From IMG/VR virus record IMGVR_UViG_3300027793_000052, positions 1 to 64,000 of that record: a DNA stretch of 64,000 nt; one strand, written 5' to 3'. How positions within the stretch are numbered: position 1 is the first letter of the stretch; each line of letters starts with the position of its first letter. Below the pieces are notes generated by a model. That model searched no databases. It saw nothing but the letters and a program-made list of their open reading frames with translations, and was not told the DNA's origin. This document shows, piece after piece, positions 8,615 to 17,459 of this stretch. A program made the translations under genes and the position numbers.

Positions 8615-10249
8615 GTGAAAATAAAATTATCCATATTATTTTTTTTATTCAGTTTAATCAATTCGGTTAAGTCACAAGTATCTACATGGTATACATTTTC
8701 TGAAACGGTTGGTACTTATACGGCCATAACAGGTGGTACTCAATTAGTTACCACAACTGCCGGTGCTATAACATATGATACTGACGGTAATAATATCGTT
8801 CTTCCTACCACATCAAGATTTGTCGTAAATGGTATTATCATTACAAATGTAAATATGACTGCGGATGGTTCACTATGGTGTAATCCAGTTACACCGACAT
8901 CTGGTTTTGGTACTACGGGTCCATTACAATCAGGTCAAGATGCGGCTGGTATAATATCAGTTATGGGAATGGATTTACGTAGTACTGCATTAGCTACACA
9001 AGTTTATGAAAGAAGATGGCAAGATGTGGGGACTGAAGTTGTATTTCAATGGCAGAATTGTGCGAGATATCTACAAAGTGGTACGGAAAGATTTTCATTT
9101 CAAATTAGAATAAACAAAACAAATAATCAGATTAGAATGGTATATGGTAATATGACAACCATAGCCAACAGTACCACTTATCAACCACAAGTTGGAATAC
9201 GAGGTCTTACCAATGCTGATTACATAGCCAGACGATTAACTAATTCAGTACCCGATGCATCTCCTAATTGGGGCGCACCTAATGGGACGACTAACGCCAC
9301 TACAAACGCACATACAGTTAGGTTTACATCTAATGGTTCTTGTTTTCCTGTTTCAGGATTAACATTTATATGGTCATATAGCGGTCCTTTATTCAATAAC
9401 GATTTGTGTGAGAATGCAACTCTTGTTACATTACCATATAATAGTGGAGTTGTAACAACGATAGGTTCAAGTACAGATGTTCCGAATGTCGCATCACCCT
9501 GTGACGATTATATTACTCAATCAAATAACTTATGGTATAGAGTAGTTGGTACGGGTAATGATATGACTTTTAATACATGTAACGCCTCTACTAATTTTGA
9601 TTCTGAAATAAGAGTTTATACAGGTGATTGTTCTTCATTAAATAGTATGGTTGAAGTTGTATGTAGTGATGATGATCCAAATTGTACTTCAGGTGGTGTG
9701 TTAGATCCTTCCGTTACGTGGTGTTCATCATTAGGTGTTAATTATTTTATATCTGTCGGATATTACACAGTTACAAGTACATTAAGTACTGGTAATTACG
9801 TATTAAGTGGTGTAGAAGGAGGTTCTTGTTCATCACTACCAGTAGAACTAATTCATTTTTCCGGTAAAGGATTTGAACATTATAATTTATTAAGGTGGAA
9901 AACCGCCACAGAAATAAATAATGACCATTTCACACTTGAAAGAAGTTTAGATGGAATTAGATTTCAAGAAATACAACAAATTGATGGTATGGGTAATTCT
10001 AATGTAATTCAAGAATACTCGACACGTGATTTTGAACTAAATACAGGGTTAATATATTACAGACTTATACAAACAGATTATGATGGTACACGTACCTATT
10101 CAGATATAATTGTAATTAATAGAGACCCTTACAAATCACTTAAGGTTGTTAGAATTACAAATGTATTAGGTCAAGACATAAATGAATGGAGTCCAGGTAT
10201 TAAACTCTATCATTATAGTGATGGTAGTATTGAAAAGAGAATAGAATAA
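8615..10249 (+). CDS. Secreted beta-rich protein with T9SS-type C-terminal region
   Basis: GTG start, signal peptide, LPVELIHF...WKTATEINNDHFTLERS...YYRLIQTDYDG and terminal NVLGQ..G..YSDG..EK typical of Bacteroidota T9SS cargo. Confidence 0.7.
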   Translation: MKIKLSILFFLFSLINSVKSQVSTWYTFSETVGTYTAITGGTQLVTTTAGAITYDTDGNNIVLPTTSRFVVNGIIITNVNMTADGSLWCNPVTPTSGFGTTGPLQSGQDAAGIISVMGMDLRSTALATQVYERRWQDVGTEVVFQWQNCARYLQSGTERFSFQIRINKTNNQIRMVYGNMTTIANSTTYQPQVGIRGLTNADYIARRLTNSVPDASPNWGAPNGTTNATTNAHTVRFTSNGSCFPVSGLTFIWSYSGPLFNNDLCENATLVTLPYNSGVVTTIGSSTDVPNVASPCDDYITQSNNLWYRVVGTGNDMTFNTCNASTNFDSEIRVYTGDCSSLNSMVEVVCSDDDPNCTSGGVLDPSVTWCSSLGVNYFISVGYYTVTSTLSTGNYVLSGVEGGSCSSLPVELIHFSGKGFEHYNLLRWKTATEINNDHFTLERSLDGIRFQEIQQIDGMGNSNVIQEYSTRDFELNTGLIYYRLIQTDYDGTRTYSDIIVINRDPYKSLKVVRITNVLGQDINEWSPGIKLYHYSDGSIEKRIE

Positions 10250-10289
10250 TTATGTTTACGTTGTTGTTTTTATTCTTTATATTTTAACT

Positions 10290-11033
10290 ATGGAAAATAG
10301 TGAGGATATACGTAAGTTTATAAACAGAGAAATTAAGGCAAATTCAATTTTTATCATCAAACAAATAGATAAAAAAGTTGCTTATGAATTTGTTAGGGTT
10401 TACCATTATTTGGGTGATGCTAAGTTCTTTGCTAAGTTTTCCTTTGGTTTATACCATAAAGAAACCGATGAATTATTAGGGATTACCGCCTTCTCAAACC
10501 CACAAGGTAATGTGGCTTTAAAAGGTTGGTTCGGATTACCTAATACAGACCAAACAGTATTAGAACTTAGTAGACTATGTGTTAAACCATACTTAAACGG
10601 AACCAACGCAACATCTTATTTATTGGGTAACAGTATAAAACTTCTTAAGAAAGAAGGGGTTAGAGCTGTTATAACATTAGCAGATGACAGTAGACACAAT
10701 GGTAGTATATACCAAGTATGTAATTTCAAATACTACGGTCTAACAGATAAAAAATCAGACTTCTTTCATTTGAACGATAAAGGCGAATGGAAAGTCAATC
10801 CAAGAGGACCCACAAAAGATAAAAACGGTGTATGGATTAATAGAACACAAAAACACAGATATGCCTACATCATAGACGAAAACCTAAAATGTCTATACGA
10901 ACAACTTTCATATCCTAAAAAAGACGATACAAAACAATATGATTGTTGTGCTGGTACTAAAATTGTAAAAGATAAACGCTTCAATATTGACTATCCGTGC
11001 CCCAAATGTACACTTTCTGTATTGGTCGAGTGA
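10290..11033 (+). CDS. Mom-like (GNAT-fold) DNA-modification protein
   Basis: HYLG, ELSRLC, LGNSIKLL, AVITLADD, HNGSIYQVCNFKYYG pattern. Confidence 0.65.
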   Translation: MENSEDIRKFINREIKANSIFIIKQIDKKVAYEFVRVYHYLGDAKFFAKFSFGLYHKETDELLGITAFSNPQGNVALKGWFGLPNTDQTVLELSRLCVKPYLNGTNATSYLLGNSIKLLKKEGVRAVITLADDSRHNGSIYQVCNFKYYGLTDKKSDFFHLNDKGEWKVNPRGPTKDKNGVWINRTQKHRYAYIIDENLKCLYEQLSYPKKDDTKQYDCCAGTKIVKDKRFNIDYPCPKCTLSVLVE

Positions 11034-11046
11034 TATTTATTAATAT

Positions 11047-11262
11047 ATGAATATCCATAAATTTATAAGAAGACATGATTTCATAAGTGGTAAACCATTT
11101 TATTCATTGTCAATGATTGAGGTTGTACCGAGAATTATATTTGATTTTGTACCAAACCGAATACCAACAAGATATTCAACAACAATGATTGATAGTAGGT
11201 ATTATTCTACGATAACATATAATAACCCAATGCCAATGGTCAACGGTACGGTACTATTTTAA
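11047..11262 (+). CDS. Hypothetical protein
   Basis: ORF track; ATATTTAT upstream. Confidence 0.45.
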   Translation: MNIHKFIRRHDFISGKPFYSLSMIEVVPRIIFDFVPNRIPTRYSTTMIDSRYYSTITYNNPMPMVNGTVLF

Positions 11263-11816
11263 TGATAACCAAATCTTTACCAATATTTTCTTTTATCAAT
11301 CCATCATTTAAATGGAGTTGTGTTCAATCTCGTATTGTAGTTGGTGAAACTAGGGCTATAAGAGCTATATGGACACCAGAACTCGCTCAAGATTTACAGG
11401 CTTTCCACAATATAGATGCTGAAGCTGAATTAACAGCTTTATTGACGGAAAATCTTAGACAAGAAATTGATACACAAATATTAAACGATTTACGTGTACG
11501 TGGTTGGGATAATTTATTTGATGTTAACAGAGGTTTAATTAATAACAGACCTGTAAATGATTTTGATAATATACAGTTACCTTTAATTAGACAAGTATCT
11601 GCAAGAACATTAGGTATGGATTTAGTAGGGGTACAATCATTGGAACTACCTGATGGGTTAATGAATTACCTAGATTATAATTATAGAACTTTACCTAATG
11701 AGGAAGGTTGGTACACAAACGATACTTGGGAATCTATATTCATTAATATGTATTTAAAACCACATAAATTTTTACCACCGAAACGTAGAAGTAGAAGGGA
11801 TATAAGAAATTTTTAA
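11262..11816 (+). CDS. Short protein built from T4 gp23-like major capsid segments
   Basis: WTPELAQDLQAFHNIDAEAELTALL..EID and LPLIRQV..DLVGVQSLELPDGLMNYLDY. Confidence 0.7.
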   Translation: MITKSLPIFSFINPSFKWSCVQSRIVVGETRAIRAIWTPELAQDLQAFHNIDAEAELTALLTENLRQEIDTQILNDLRVRGWDNLFDVNRGLINNRPVNDFDNIQLPLIRQVSARTLGMDLVGVQSLELPDGLMNYLDYNYRTLPNEEGWYTNDTWESIFINMYLKPHKFLPPKRRSRRDIRNF

Positions 11817-11852
11817 AATTTCATGGATAAATATTTATATGAAACATAGATT

Positions 11853-12524
11853 ATGAGAAACTTAATTAAAAAAATCATAAAAGAAGAAATAATTAATGAA
11901 TTTAATTTAAAAGAAACATTTACAAGACCATTGAAAAATATTTCTAAATTAGATGATTTCACCTACATTGGTTATGAAGACAATGTTAAGGCCATATATA
12001 ATTTCAGATTAGAAACTGTGGATGATAATATACCGAAAAGGTATTTTGGGGATTTGATTGATTATTTTTATGAATTTTCATGGAAATTCGACATGGAAAT
12101 GGATGTAGAATTAAAAAACGATTGGTCTTGGGTTAAAGCCACAACAACATCTATAAAAATAATAGATGATTTTATTAGAACAATAAACCCAAAACTTATA
12201 AAATTTAGTGGTAGAAGTGAAGGTACCAAATCTATGTATAATAACGACATTTTTGTTGATAAATTAAGATCAATATTTGGTCAAACACATAATATTATAT
12301 TAGATGATGACGATCCTGAAAATAGAAAAATCTACATATCAAAAAGAGAATACAATATTTTAAGTGAAGATACCATCCGTAAAAACATGGATTGTATGAC
12401 TTATGAAGAGGCTTATAGAATTGTGAAATTCCCTAAAAAAAACCAATTTAAAGGTATAGTAAGGAATAAATTTAAAAAAGAACAAATACAAAGAATATTA
12501 AACAAAGAAAAATATTTATTTTAA
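11853..12524 (+). CDS. Hypothetical protein with MRNLIKKIIKE leader
   Basis: Leader motif; ATATTTAT at 11832. Confidence 0.65.
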   Translation: MRNLIKKIIKEEIINEFNLKETFTRPLKNISKLDDFTYIGYEDNVKAIYNFRLETVDDNIPKRYFGDLIDYFYEFSWKFDMEMDVELKNDWSWVKATTTSIKIIDDFIRTINPKLIKFSGRSEGTKSMYNNDIFVDKLRSIFGQTHNIILDDDDPENRKIYISKREYNILSEDTIRKNMDCMTYEEAYRIVKFPKKNQFKGIVRNKFKKEQIQRILNKEKYLF

Positions 12525-12531
12525 AAAAAAC

Positions 12532-12578
12532 TTGACAAGTAATAAACTTTTACTATCTTTGTATCATATTTATTAACA
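12532..12578 (+). promoter_or_regulatory. Composite promoter of tRNA operon 2
   Basis: 47 nt identical to 17274-17320; TTGACA, TATCTTTG, ATATTTAT. Confidence 0.75.
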
Positions 12579-12595
12579 GTAACAGAATTAAACAA

Positions 12596-12688
12596 ATGAA
12601 GACTTTAACAAACATATTATTCGTGATGACACTAACGGTGTTATTTCAGTTTACACAAACTGAACTCGGGTTCTTATGTCTAAGTTAA
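12596..12688 (+). CDS. Leader peptide 2 (MKTLTNILFVMTLTVLFQFTQTELGFLCLS)
   Basis: 22 of 29 non-start codons are Q/F/M/T/V/L, the amino acids of the downstream tRNAs. Confidence 0.8.
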   Translation: MKTLTNILFVMTLTVLFQFTQTELGFLCLS

Positions 12689-12713
12689 TCATTTAATATA
12701 TTAACAAATTTAG

Positions 12714-12748
12714 AAGAACCCGAGAAAAACTCTCGGGTTTTTTTATTT
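12714..12748 (+). terminator. Attenuator terminator, tRNA operon 2
   Basis: AACCCGAGA/TCTCGGGTT plus T run; left arm also pairs perfectly (11 bp) with 12665-12675. Confidence 0.85.
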
Positions 12749-12753
12749 TATAT

Positions 12754-12827
12754 TATCCCGTCGCCTAATTGGCATGGCACTAGATTTTGACTCTAGCATA
12801 GTACAGGTTCGAACCCTGTCGGGATAA
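12754..12827 (+). tRNA. tRNA-Gln(UUG)
   Basis: CTAGA-TTTTGAC-TCTAG; TATCCCG/CGGGATA. Confidence 0.88.
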
Positions 12828-12857
12828 CCGAAGAAGTTATTTGACATATTATATTTT

Positions 12858-12930
12858 GTGGAAGTTACCAAGTTGGTCAAGGTGTTGGTCTGAAAAACCA
12901 ATTATATGAGTTCGATTCTCATCTTCCACA
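12858..12930 (+). tRNA. tRNA-Phe(GAA)
   Basis: TTGGT-CTGAAAA-ACCAA; GTGGAAG/CTTCCAC. Confidence 0.88.
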
Positions 12931-13061
12931 CAACAAGCCGTAGGTATGAATAAGTATATATATATATATATAATATTATTTTAATAACTTATTTAATCAT
13001 TAATTAAAATAATCATCTAAAGTTCGATAATTTTTATCGATATATAATGATATTTATTACT

Positions 13062-13895
13062 ATGAAATGGTATAAAAAAGATATTGAAACATTGATTGAA
13101 TTAATTCGTCAAGGTAACACCTATGATGAAATAGGTGTTATAATGAAAAGAAGTAGATCTTCTATTAAAGCTAAATTATTAAAATTGGGTGAGACATATA
13201 GAAAGTATTCTGAAAACAATTATTATGAAAAGGTTAATTGTAAAAATTGTGGTATAGAATTTAAATCTTTAATGTCTAATAAACAAAAATTTTGTAACCA
13301 TACATGTGCTGCAAGTTATAATAATGTAATTAGAGGTAAAAGAAGTCAAGAAACAAAAAATAAAATAAGTAAATCATTAAAAAGTAAAAAAAAGGAGAAA
13401 TATGATTTAAATCCTAAAAAATGTATGAAATGTGGTGAACATATACCATATAGTAAATGGTGTAATTATAGAAAAAATTGTGACGAATGTAACATTATTA
13501 TTCGTAAAAATATGGGTAGGATTTTAGGTCAAAAAACCTCACAAACCAAAATAAAAAGATCGAAAGACGAGATAAATTTATATGAGTTATGTAAGATGAG
13601 TTTTAACGATGTTGAACATAATAAAATAATAAGTTCTGGATGGGATGCTGATATTGTTATAAATGATTATAAAATACTTATACTATGGAATGGTCCTTGG
13701 CATTATAAACAGTTACCATTAAAAAACCATAGTTTAAATCAAGTACAAACTAGAGATAAAATAAAACAAAAATTGTTTGAAAGTTTAGGTTGGAGAGTTA
13801 TAATATTTGAAGATAGATATTACACACCATATACAGCTTTTGATTATTTAAAAAATATAATTCGGGATATATCTCCCCACTCTCATAAGGTGTAG
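13062..13895 (+). mobile_element. Putative free-standing homing endonuclease (Cys-rich DNA-binding repeats plus Vsr/PD-(D/E)xK-like C-terminus)
   Basis: CKNC...FCNHTC, WDADIV..ILILWNGPWHY, RDKIK..GWRV; inserted inside a tRNA cluster. Confidence 0.6.
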
Positions 13896-13941
13896 AAAGA
13901 GTAATTGGCAACATGTGAGTTCAACTCTCACTATCCCGACA
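13862..13941 (+). ncRNA. Atypical tRNA-like RNA with CAU anticodon loop and no normal D-arm
   Basis: 8-bp TCGGGATA/TATCCCGA stem, CTCATAA loop, GTGAG-TTCAACT-CTCAC T-arm; only ~7 nt between acceptor and anticodon arm. Confidence 0.55.
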
Positions 13942-13985
13942 AAATAATGGTTCGATCTGTTCAAATCAGATATACGGTACTATAT

Positions 13986-14059
13986 TCCGGTGATACTCTG
14001 AAGGTAAGGGTGCTCGCCTTGTAAGCGAGATTTAGTCGGTTCGATCCCGACCACCGGAT
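13986..14059 (+). tRNA. tRNA-Thr(UGU)
   Basis: CTCGC-CTTGTAA-GCGAG; TCCGGTG/CACCGGA. Confidence 0.88.
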
Positions 14060-14064
14060 CAAAA

Positions 14065-14135
14065 GCCCTGATGACGTAATGGTAGCGTACTAATTTTACA
14101 TGTTAGCAGCAAAGGTTCAATTCCTTTTCAGGGCA
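14065..14135 (+). tRNA. tRNA-Val(UAC)
   Basis: CTAAT-TTTACAT-GTTAG; GCCCTGA/TCAGGGC. Confidence 0.8.
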
Positions 14136-14141
14136 CAAAAA

Positions 14142-14218
14142 GCCTTCGTGACGTAATTGGTAACCGTGTTAGTTTTAGAAACTAAATTTTGTGAGTTCAA
14201 ATCTCACCGAAGGCACCA
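14142..14218 (+). tRNA. tRNA-Leu(UAG), short variable loop, CCA encoded
   Basis: TTAGT-TTTAGAA-ACTAA; GCCTTCG/CGAAGGC. Confidence 0.85.
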
Positions 14219-14266
14219 AAAATTTTGATAATAAATAAACTTTTACTATATTTGTATCAACAAAAT

Positions 14267-14340
14267 GTTCCCATGGCGAAATTGGTAAACGCAACGAGTT
14301 TAAGCCTCGTATGTTCTCGGTTCAAATCCGGGTGGGAATA
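14267..14340 (+). tRNA. tRNA-Leu(UAA), short variable loop
   Basis: ACGAG-TTTAAGC-CTCGT; has its own TATATTTG promoter just upstream. Confidence 0.82.
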
Positions 14341-14556
14341 CAAAACATTGACGATATGGCGTGTAGGTGTAACTCGTTATAACACCGAGGGGAACATATG
14401 GTATACGAGAAACCATTGTGGTGTGTCTGAAGGGTCAATGTTGATATGGGGTGAGAATCTTAGTTGGCCACTAAGAAAATATGGAAGGGTGTCGCGTTAC
14501 CCAATCGGCTCAAATCCGATCCACTCCACTTTGGGTTATTTTTTGACCAAAAAATA

Positions 14557-14830
14557 ATGAGTAAGAGATACTCAAGAGTTGGGCTACTGGTCTATATCGC
14601 GTGGCAGTCTAGATGAGTGATGAGACTTTAAACTTCACCCCTTGGGTTAAAGGAGAAACATCGAACTCCTCCATTGTACGGTTGACAGGTTTTTATGTGG
14701 TAAGACACTAATGTAAACTCATAGAATTACCGATTAGAGACAAAGGGCTCTTCTGCAGGTGTTATGAGATGGTTCTCGAAACAGTCAGAGAAACCCGTTA
14801 AAATCTAATCCTCAAAGTAATCTCATTTGG
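14557..14830 (+). ncRNA. Unidentified structured RNA
   Basis: Non-coding and GC-enriched; nested stems AATGAG/CTCATT, GATTAGA/TCTAATC, GGG-CTCT/AGAG-CCC. Confidence 0.4.
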
Positions 14831-14839
14831 GGTAAAAAT

Positions 14840-14941
14840 AGTCAGGTGGCGTAATTGGTAACCGCTATAGGGTTGAGGCGTGCTAACTACCTATATAAAT
14901 TGTTTTTAAACAATGCAGGTTCGAGTCCTGTCCTGACTACA
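14840..14941 (+). ncRNA. tRNA-like RNA, AGTCAGG family copy 1 (aberrant anticodon arm)
   Basis: AGTCAGG/CCTGACT acceptor, CAGGTTCGAGTCCTG T-arm, no 7-nt anticodon loop. Confidence 0.65.
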
Positions 14942-15057
14942 AAAATAAAGACATATGGAATATATATTAGGATTTTTAATTGGTATAAGTATTTTTATTA
15001 TTTTTCATAAACCTATTATTAGAGCTTTAGAAAAATTAATCGACATTATCCAAGAAT

Positions 15058-15160
15058 AGTCAGGTGGTGAAATTGGTAGCCACAGCATATAAGACCATGG
15101 GCGTTGTGTTGAAACCTACTGGGGATTAGATTTACAGGTTCGAGTCCTGTCCTGACTACA
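15058..15160 (+). ncRNA. tRNA-like RNA, AGTCAGG family copy 2
   Basis: Same acceptor and T-arm, unrelated central region. Confidence 0.65.
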
Positions 15161-15384
15161 CGAGTCGAGTTGTGTTCGACTAATGTGCTCCCGCATGATG
15201 GAAGTGGTGTCACACCCACAGGGACCTGAGCCGATTACTTGAATCTAAGTCGGTTGGTTGGTGTACCAGTAACAGGAGGAAGTTAACACACAAGTCCTAA
15301 CCCCTCACGTAAGTGGGTTGCCGCTGAAGCCTCGAGAAGCTATTCGGTATTGGGGACAGTCAGAAATGATTGGGCGAAAATTAT

Positions 15385-15461
15385 AGTCAGGTGGTAGAAT
15401 TGTGATTACACCTTGGGACGAATGTCTAGGAGATACAGGTTCGAATCCTGTCCTGACTACA
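15385..15461 (+). ncRNA. tRNA-like RNA, AGTCAGG family copy 3
   Basis: Same acceptor and T-arm; central hairpin with 4-nt loop. Confidence 0.6.
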
Positions 15462-15492
15462 AGATATTTATAAAAGAGATAGGAGGGATTAC

Positions 15493-15975
15493 ATGGTACT
15501 AATACTTAACGCTGACTACACACCATTAACTGTGGCTAACTTTAAAAGAGCCTACAGATTAGTGTATAAAGGTAAGGCAGAAATAGTGGTTTCTCATGGT
15601 AAAGTTGATGCTGGTATAATATTGGATAAGCCTTCCATAATTAGATTAATTAAATATGTTTACTTTCCATATAAAAAAGTAACCTTATCAAGGTATAACA
15701 TTTATAGAAGGGATGAACATAAGTGTTTATATTGTGGATCCAAAGATAATTTAACGTTAGACCATGTTATACCAAGAAGTAAGGGTGGGCCAAACAGTTG
15801 GACAAACTTGGTGACATGTTGTATGAGATGTAATATGTTAAAGGGTGATAGAACACCTGATGAGGCAGGAATGGTATTATCACATAAACCATTTACACCT
15901 AATTATTTATATTTTATAAACAAAATGCATAAAATACATGAAGAATGGAAACCTTATTTAATGGATGATAAATAA
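15493..15975 (+). CDS. HNH endonuclease (McrA-like)
   Basis: CLYCG..LTLDHVIPRSKGG..WTNLVTCCMRCN; AGGAGG upstream. Confidence 0.85.
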   Translation: MVLILNADYTPLTVANFKRAYRLVYKGKAEIVVSHGKVDAGIILDKPSIIRLIKYVYFPYKKVTLSRYNIYRRDEHKCLYCGSKDNLTLDHVIPRSKGGPNSWTNLVTCCMRCNMLKGDRTPDEAGMVLSHKPFTPNYLYFINKMHKIHEEWKPYLMDDK

Positions 15976-16163
15976 TGGAAGGAAAAGAATTTAAATTTGT
16001 TGAGGGTATAGATTATTACCTAGATAAAGGTAGTATTGTACTTACTGAAGAATATTTAACACGTAGAAAAAAATGCTGTGGCTCTGGTTGCCGACATTGT
16101 CCATTTTGGCCTAGACATACTAAAGGTAATACAGAGTTAAGAGAAAAACCTAAAGAAAATTAA
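15975..16163 (+). CDS. Small Cys-rich protein
   Basis: CCGSGCRHCPF motif. Confidence 0.6.
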   Translation: MEGKEFKFVEGIDYYLDKGSIVLTEEYLTRRKKCCGSGCRHCPFWPRHTKGNTELREKPKEN

Positions 16164-16213
16164 AAAATACTTGACAGGAGATAAAAATTAATATATAATT
16201 GTATCATTAATAT

Positions 16214-16285
16214 CGCGATGAGGGTGTTGGTTCCCCACCGGTCTCATAAACCAGGTCCACGGCCGTTCGATTCGGCCCGTCGCCA
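16214..16285 (+). tRNA. tRNA-Met(CAU), possibly initiator type
   Basis: CTCATAA loop; C1:C72 mismatch in acceptor stem; anticodon stem lacks the usual three G-C pairs. Confidence 0.75.
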
Positions 16286-16382
16286 CTAAGTCCCCTATAG
16301 TATTATAGGGGATTTTTTTTAACATTAAAGACAACTTGACAAATTTAACAATCATAACGATATTTATATAAAAAGATATACC

Positions 16383-16961
16383 ATGAGAAATTTTAACGAA
16401 GACGATTTTAACAATGAATTTGGTGATGACTTTTTTGGTCGTTGGGAACGATTTAATGAACGTATGAAAAACGATAGAGATTTTAGACGTGAAATTAATA
16501 GATTCCAAAAAGATTTTGAAGAAATGATGCGTATGATGTCTAAAAATAAAAAAAATGGCATAAATTTATTTGGTTTAAATGATGATATGAGGTTTATACC
16601 TTTAAACGATTTTAGGACAAATAATTTTGATGGAATGGATATTCCTGAAGATGAAATGGATATTGAAAAAGGTGAGGATGAAAATGGTGAATGGGAAAAA
16701 AGAAATTGGGCATCACCTGACGGTTCTGTTTCTTATACTTCTTTCACACGTTCATCAGGTATTGAGGATTTTGGTGATAAAATATTTGATAGAGATAAAA
16801 ACAGAAATATTTTTGACCCTGAAAAAGAAAAATATTTAAAGTTGGCTAAATTAAAAAAGGCTTTGGATTATTGTGTTGAACAAGAAAAGTATGAAAAAGC
16901 CGCTGAACTTAAAAAAGAAATTGATAAAATAACAGCTTCTTTAAAAAAGAAAGAGGAATAA
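16383..16961 (+). CDS. Hypothetical protein with C-terminal UvrB/UvrC (UVR) motif
   Basis: LKKALDYCVEQEKYEKAAELKKEI. Confidence 0.6.
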   Translation: MRNFNEDDFNNEFGDDFFGRWERFNERMKNDRDFRREINRFQKDFEEMMRMMSKNKKNGINLFGLNDDMRFIPLNDFRTNNFDGMDIPEDEMDIEKGEDENGEWEKRNWASPDGSVSYTSFTRSSGIEDFGDKIFDRDKNRNIFDPEKEKYLKLAKLKKALDYCVEQEKYEKAAELKKEIDKITASLKKKEE

Positions 16962-17030
16962 AAACTATAAGTAATATTTTTTTACTGTTTTTTCTTATAG
17001 TTAATTTTAAATAATCATACATGGACAGTA

Positions 17031-17261
17031 GTGATGAACCGTATAAACAAAGAAAGACTCGCAACCATAAGCTTAATTTTGGCAATGTTCTTCAACCCTC
17101 TAGGGTTCGACGCACTATTCAACGCTGTAATGACATTGACAGGTTCTTATTGGATTACGGATATAATATTTTACCTTATATCACTATCGTTTCTTGGGTT
17201 ATATTTCTTATTACAAGGTATTAACCCAATAAAACACGTAAAAGAAAAAATAAAAAAATAA
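17031..17261 (+). CDS. Small membrane protein
   Basis: Two hydrophobic segments. Confidence 0.5.
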   Translation: MMNRINKERLATISLILAMFFNPLGFDALFNAVMTLTGSYWITDIIFYLISLSFLGLYFLLQGINPIKHVKEKIKK

Positions 17262-17273
17262 TTTAAAAAATAG

Positions 17274-17320
17274 TTGACAAGTAATAAACTTTTACTATCT
17301 TTGTATCATATTTATTAACA
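17274..17320 (+). promoter_or_regulatory. Composite promoter of tRNA operon 3
   Basis: 47 nt identical to 12532-12578. Confidence 0.75.
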
Positions 17321-17338
17321 AACAAAACAATTAAAGAA

Positions 17339-17434
17339 ATGAAAAATTGGCATAACATATCGAGTATACATAGTAATCGAATTAATAGTTCGGTGTACAC
17401 ATGGTGTGTTTTGTCCAATCAAGATAATACTTAA
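17339..17434 (+). CDS. Leader peptide 3 (MKNWHNISSIHSNRINSSVYTWCVLSNQDNT)
   Basis: Codons 3-18 are 16 consecutive N/W/H/I/S/R, the amino acids of the downstream tRNAs. Confidence 0.82.
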   Translation: MKNWHNISSIHSNRINSSVYTWCVLSNQDNT

Positions 17435-17459
17435 TGGGAATTAAGTTTTTTGTACAAGG

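Noticed and set aside
12955-12972. (TA)n microsatellite
   Set aside because: Short, and in an extremely AT-rich intergenic segment; no evidence of function
13948-13975. ATCTG-TTCAAAT-CAGAT T-arm-like hairpin
   Set aside because: No acceptor or anticodon arm; at most a tRNA remnant
14225-14557. 110-aa ORF
   Set aside because: Overlaps tRNA-Leu(UAA) and structured RNA
14557-14830. RNase P RNA or group I intron
   Set aside because: Could not find the GAGGAAAGTCC-type P4 signature or convincing P7 elements
16188-16561. Minus-strand ORFs
   Set aside because: Antisense to tRNA-Met and to the 16383 gene
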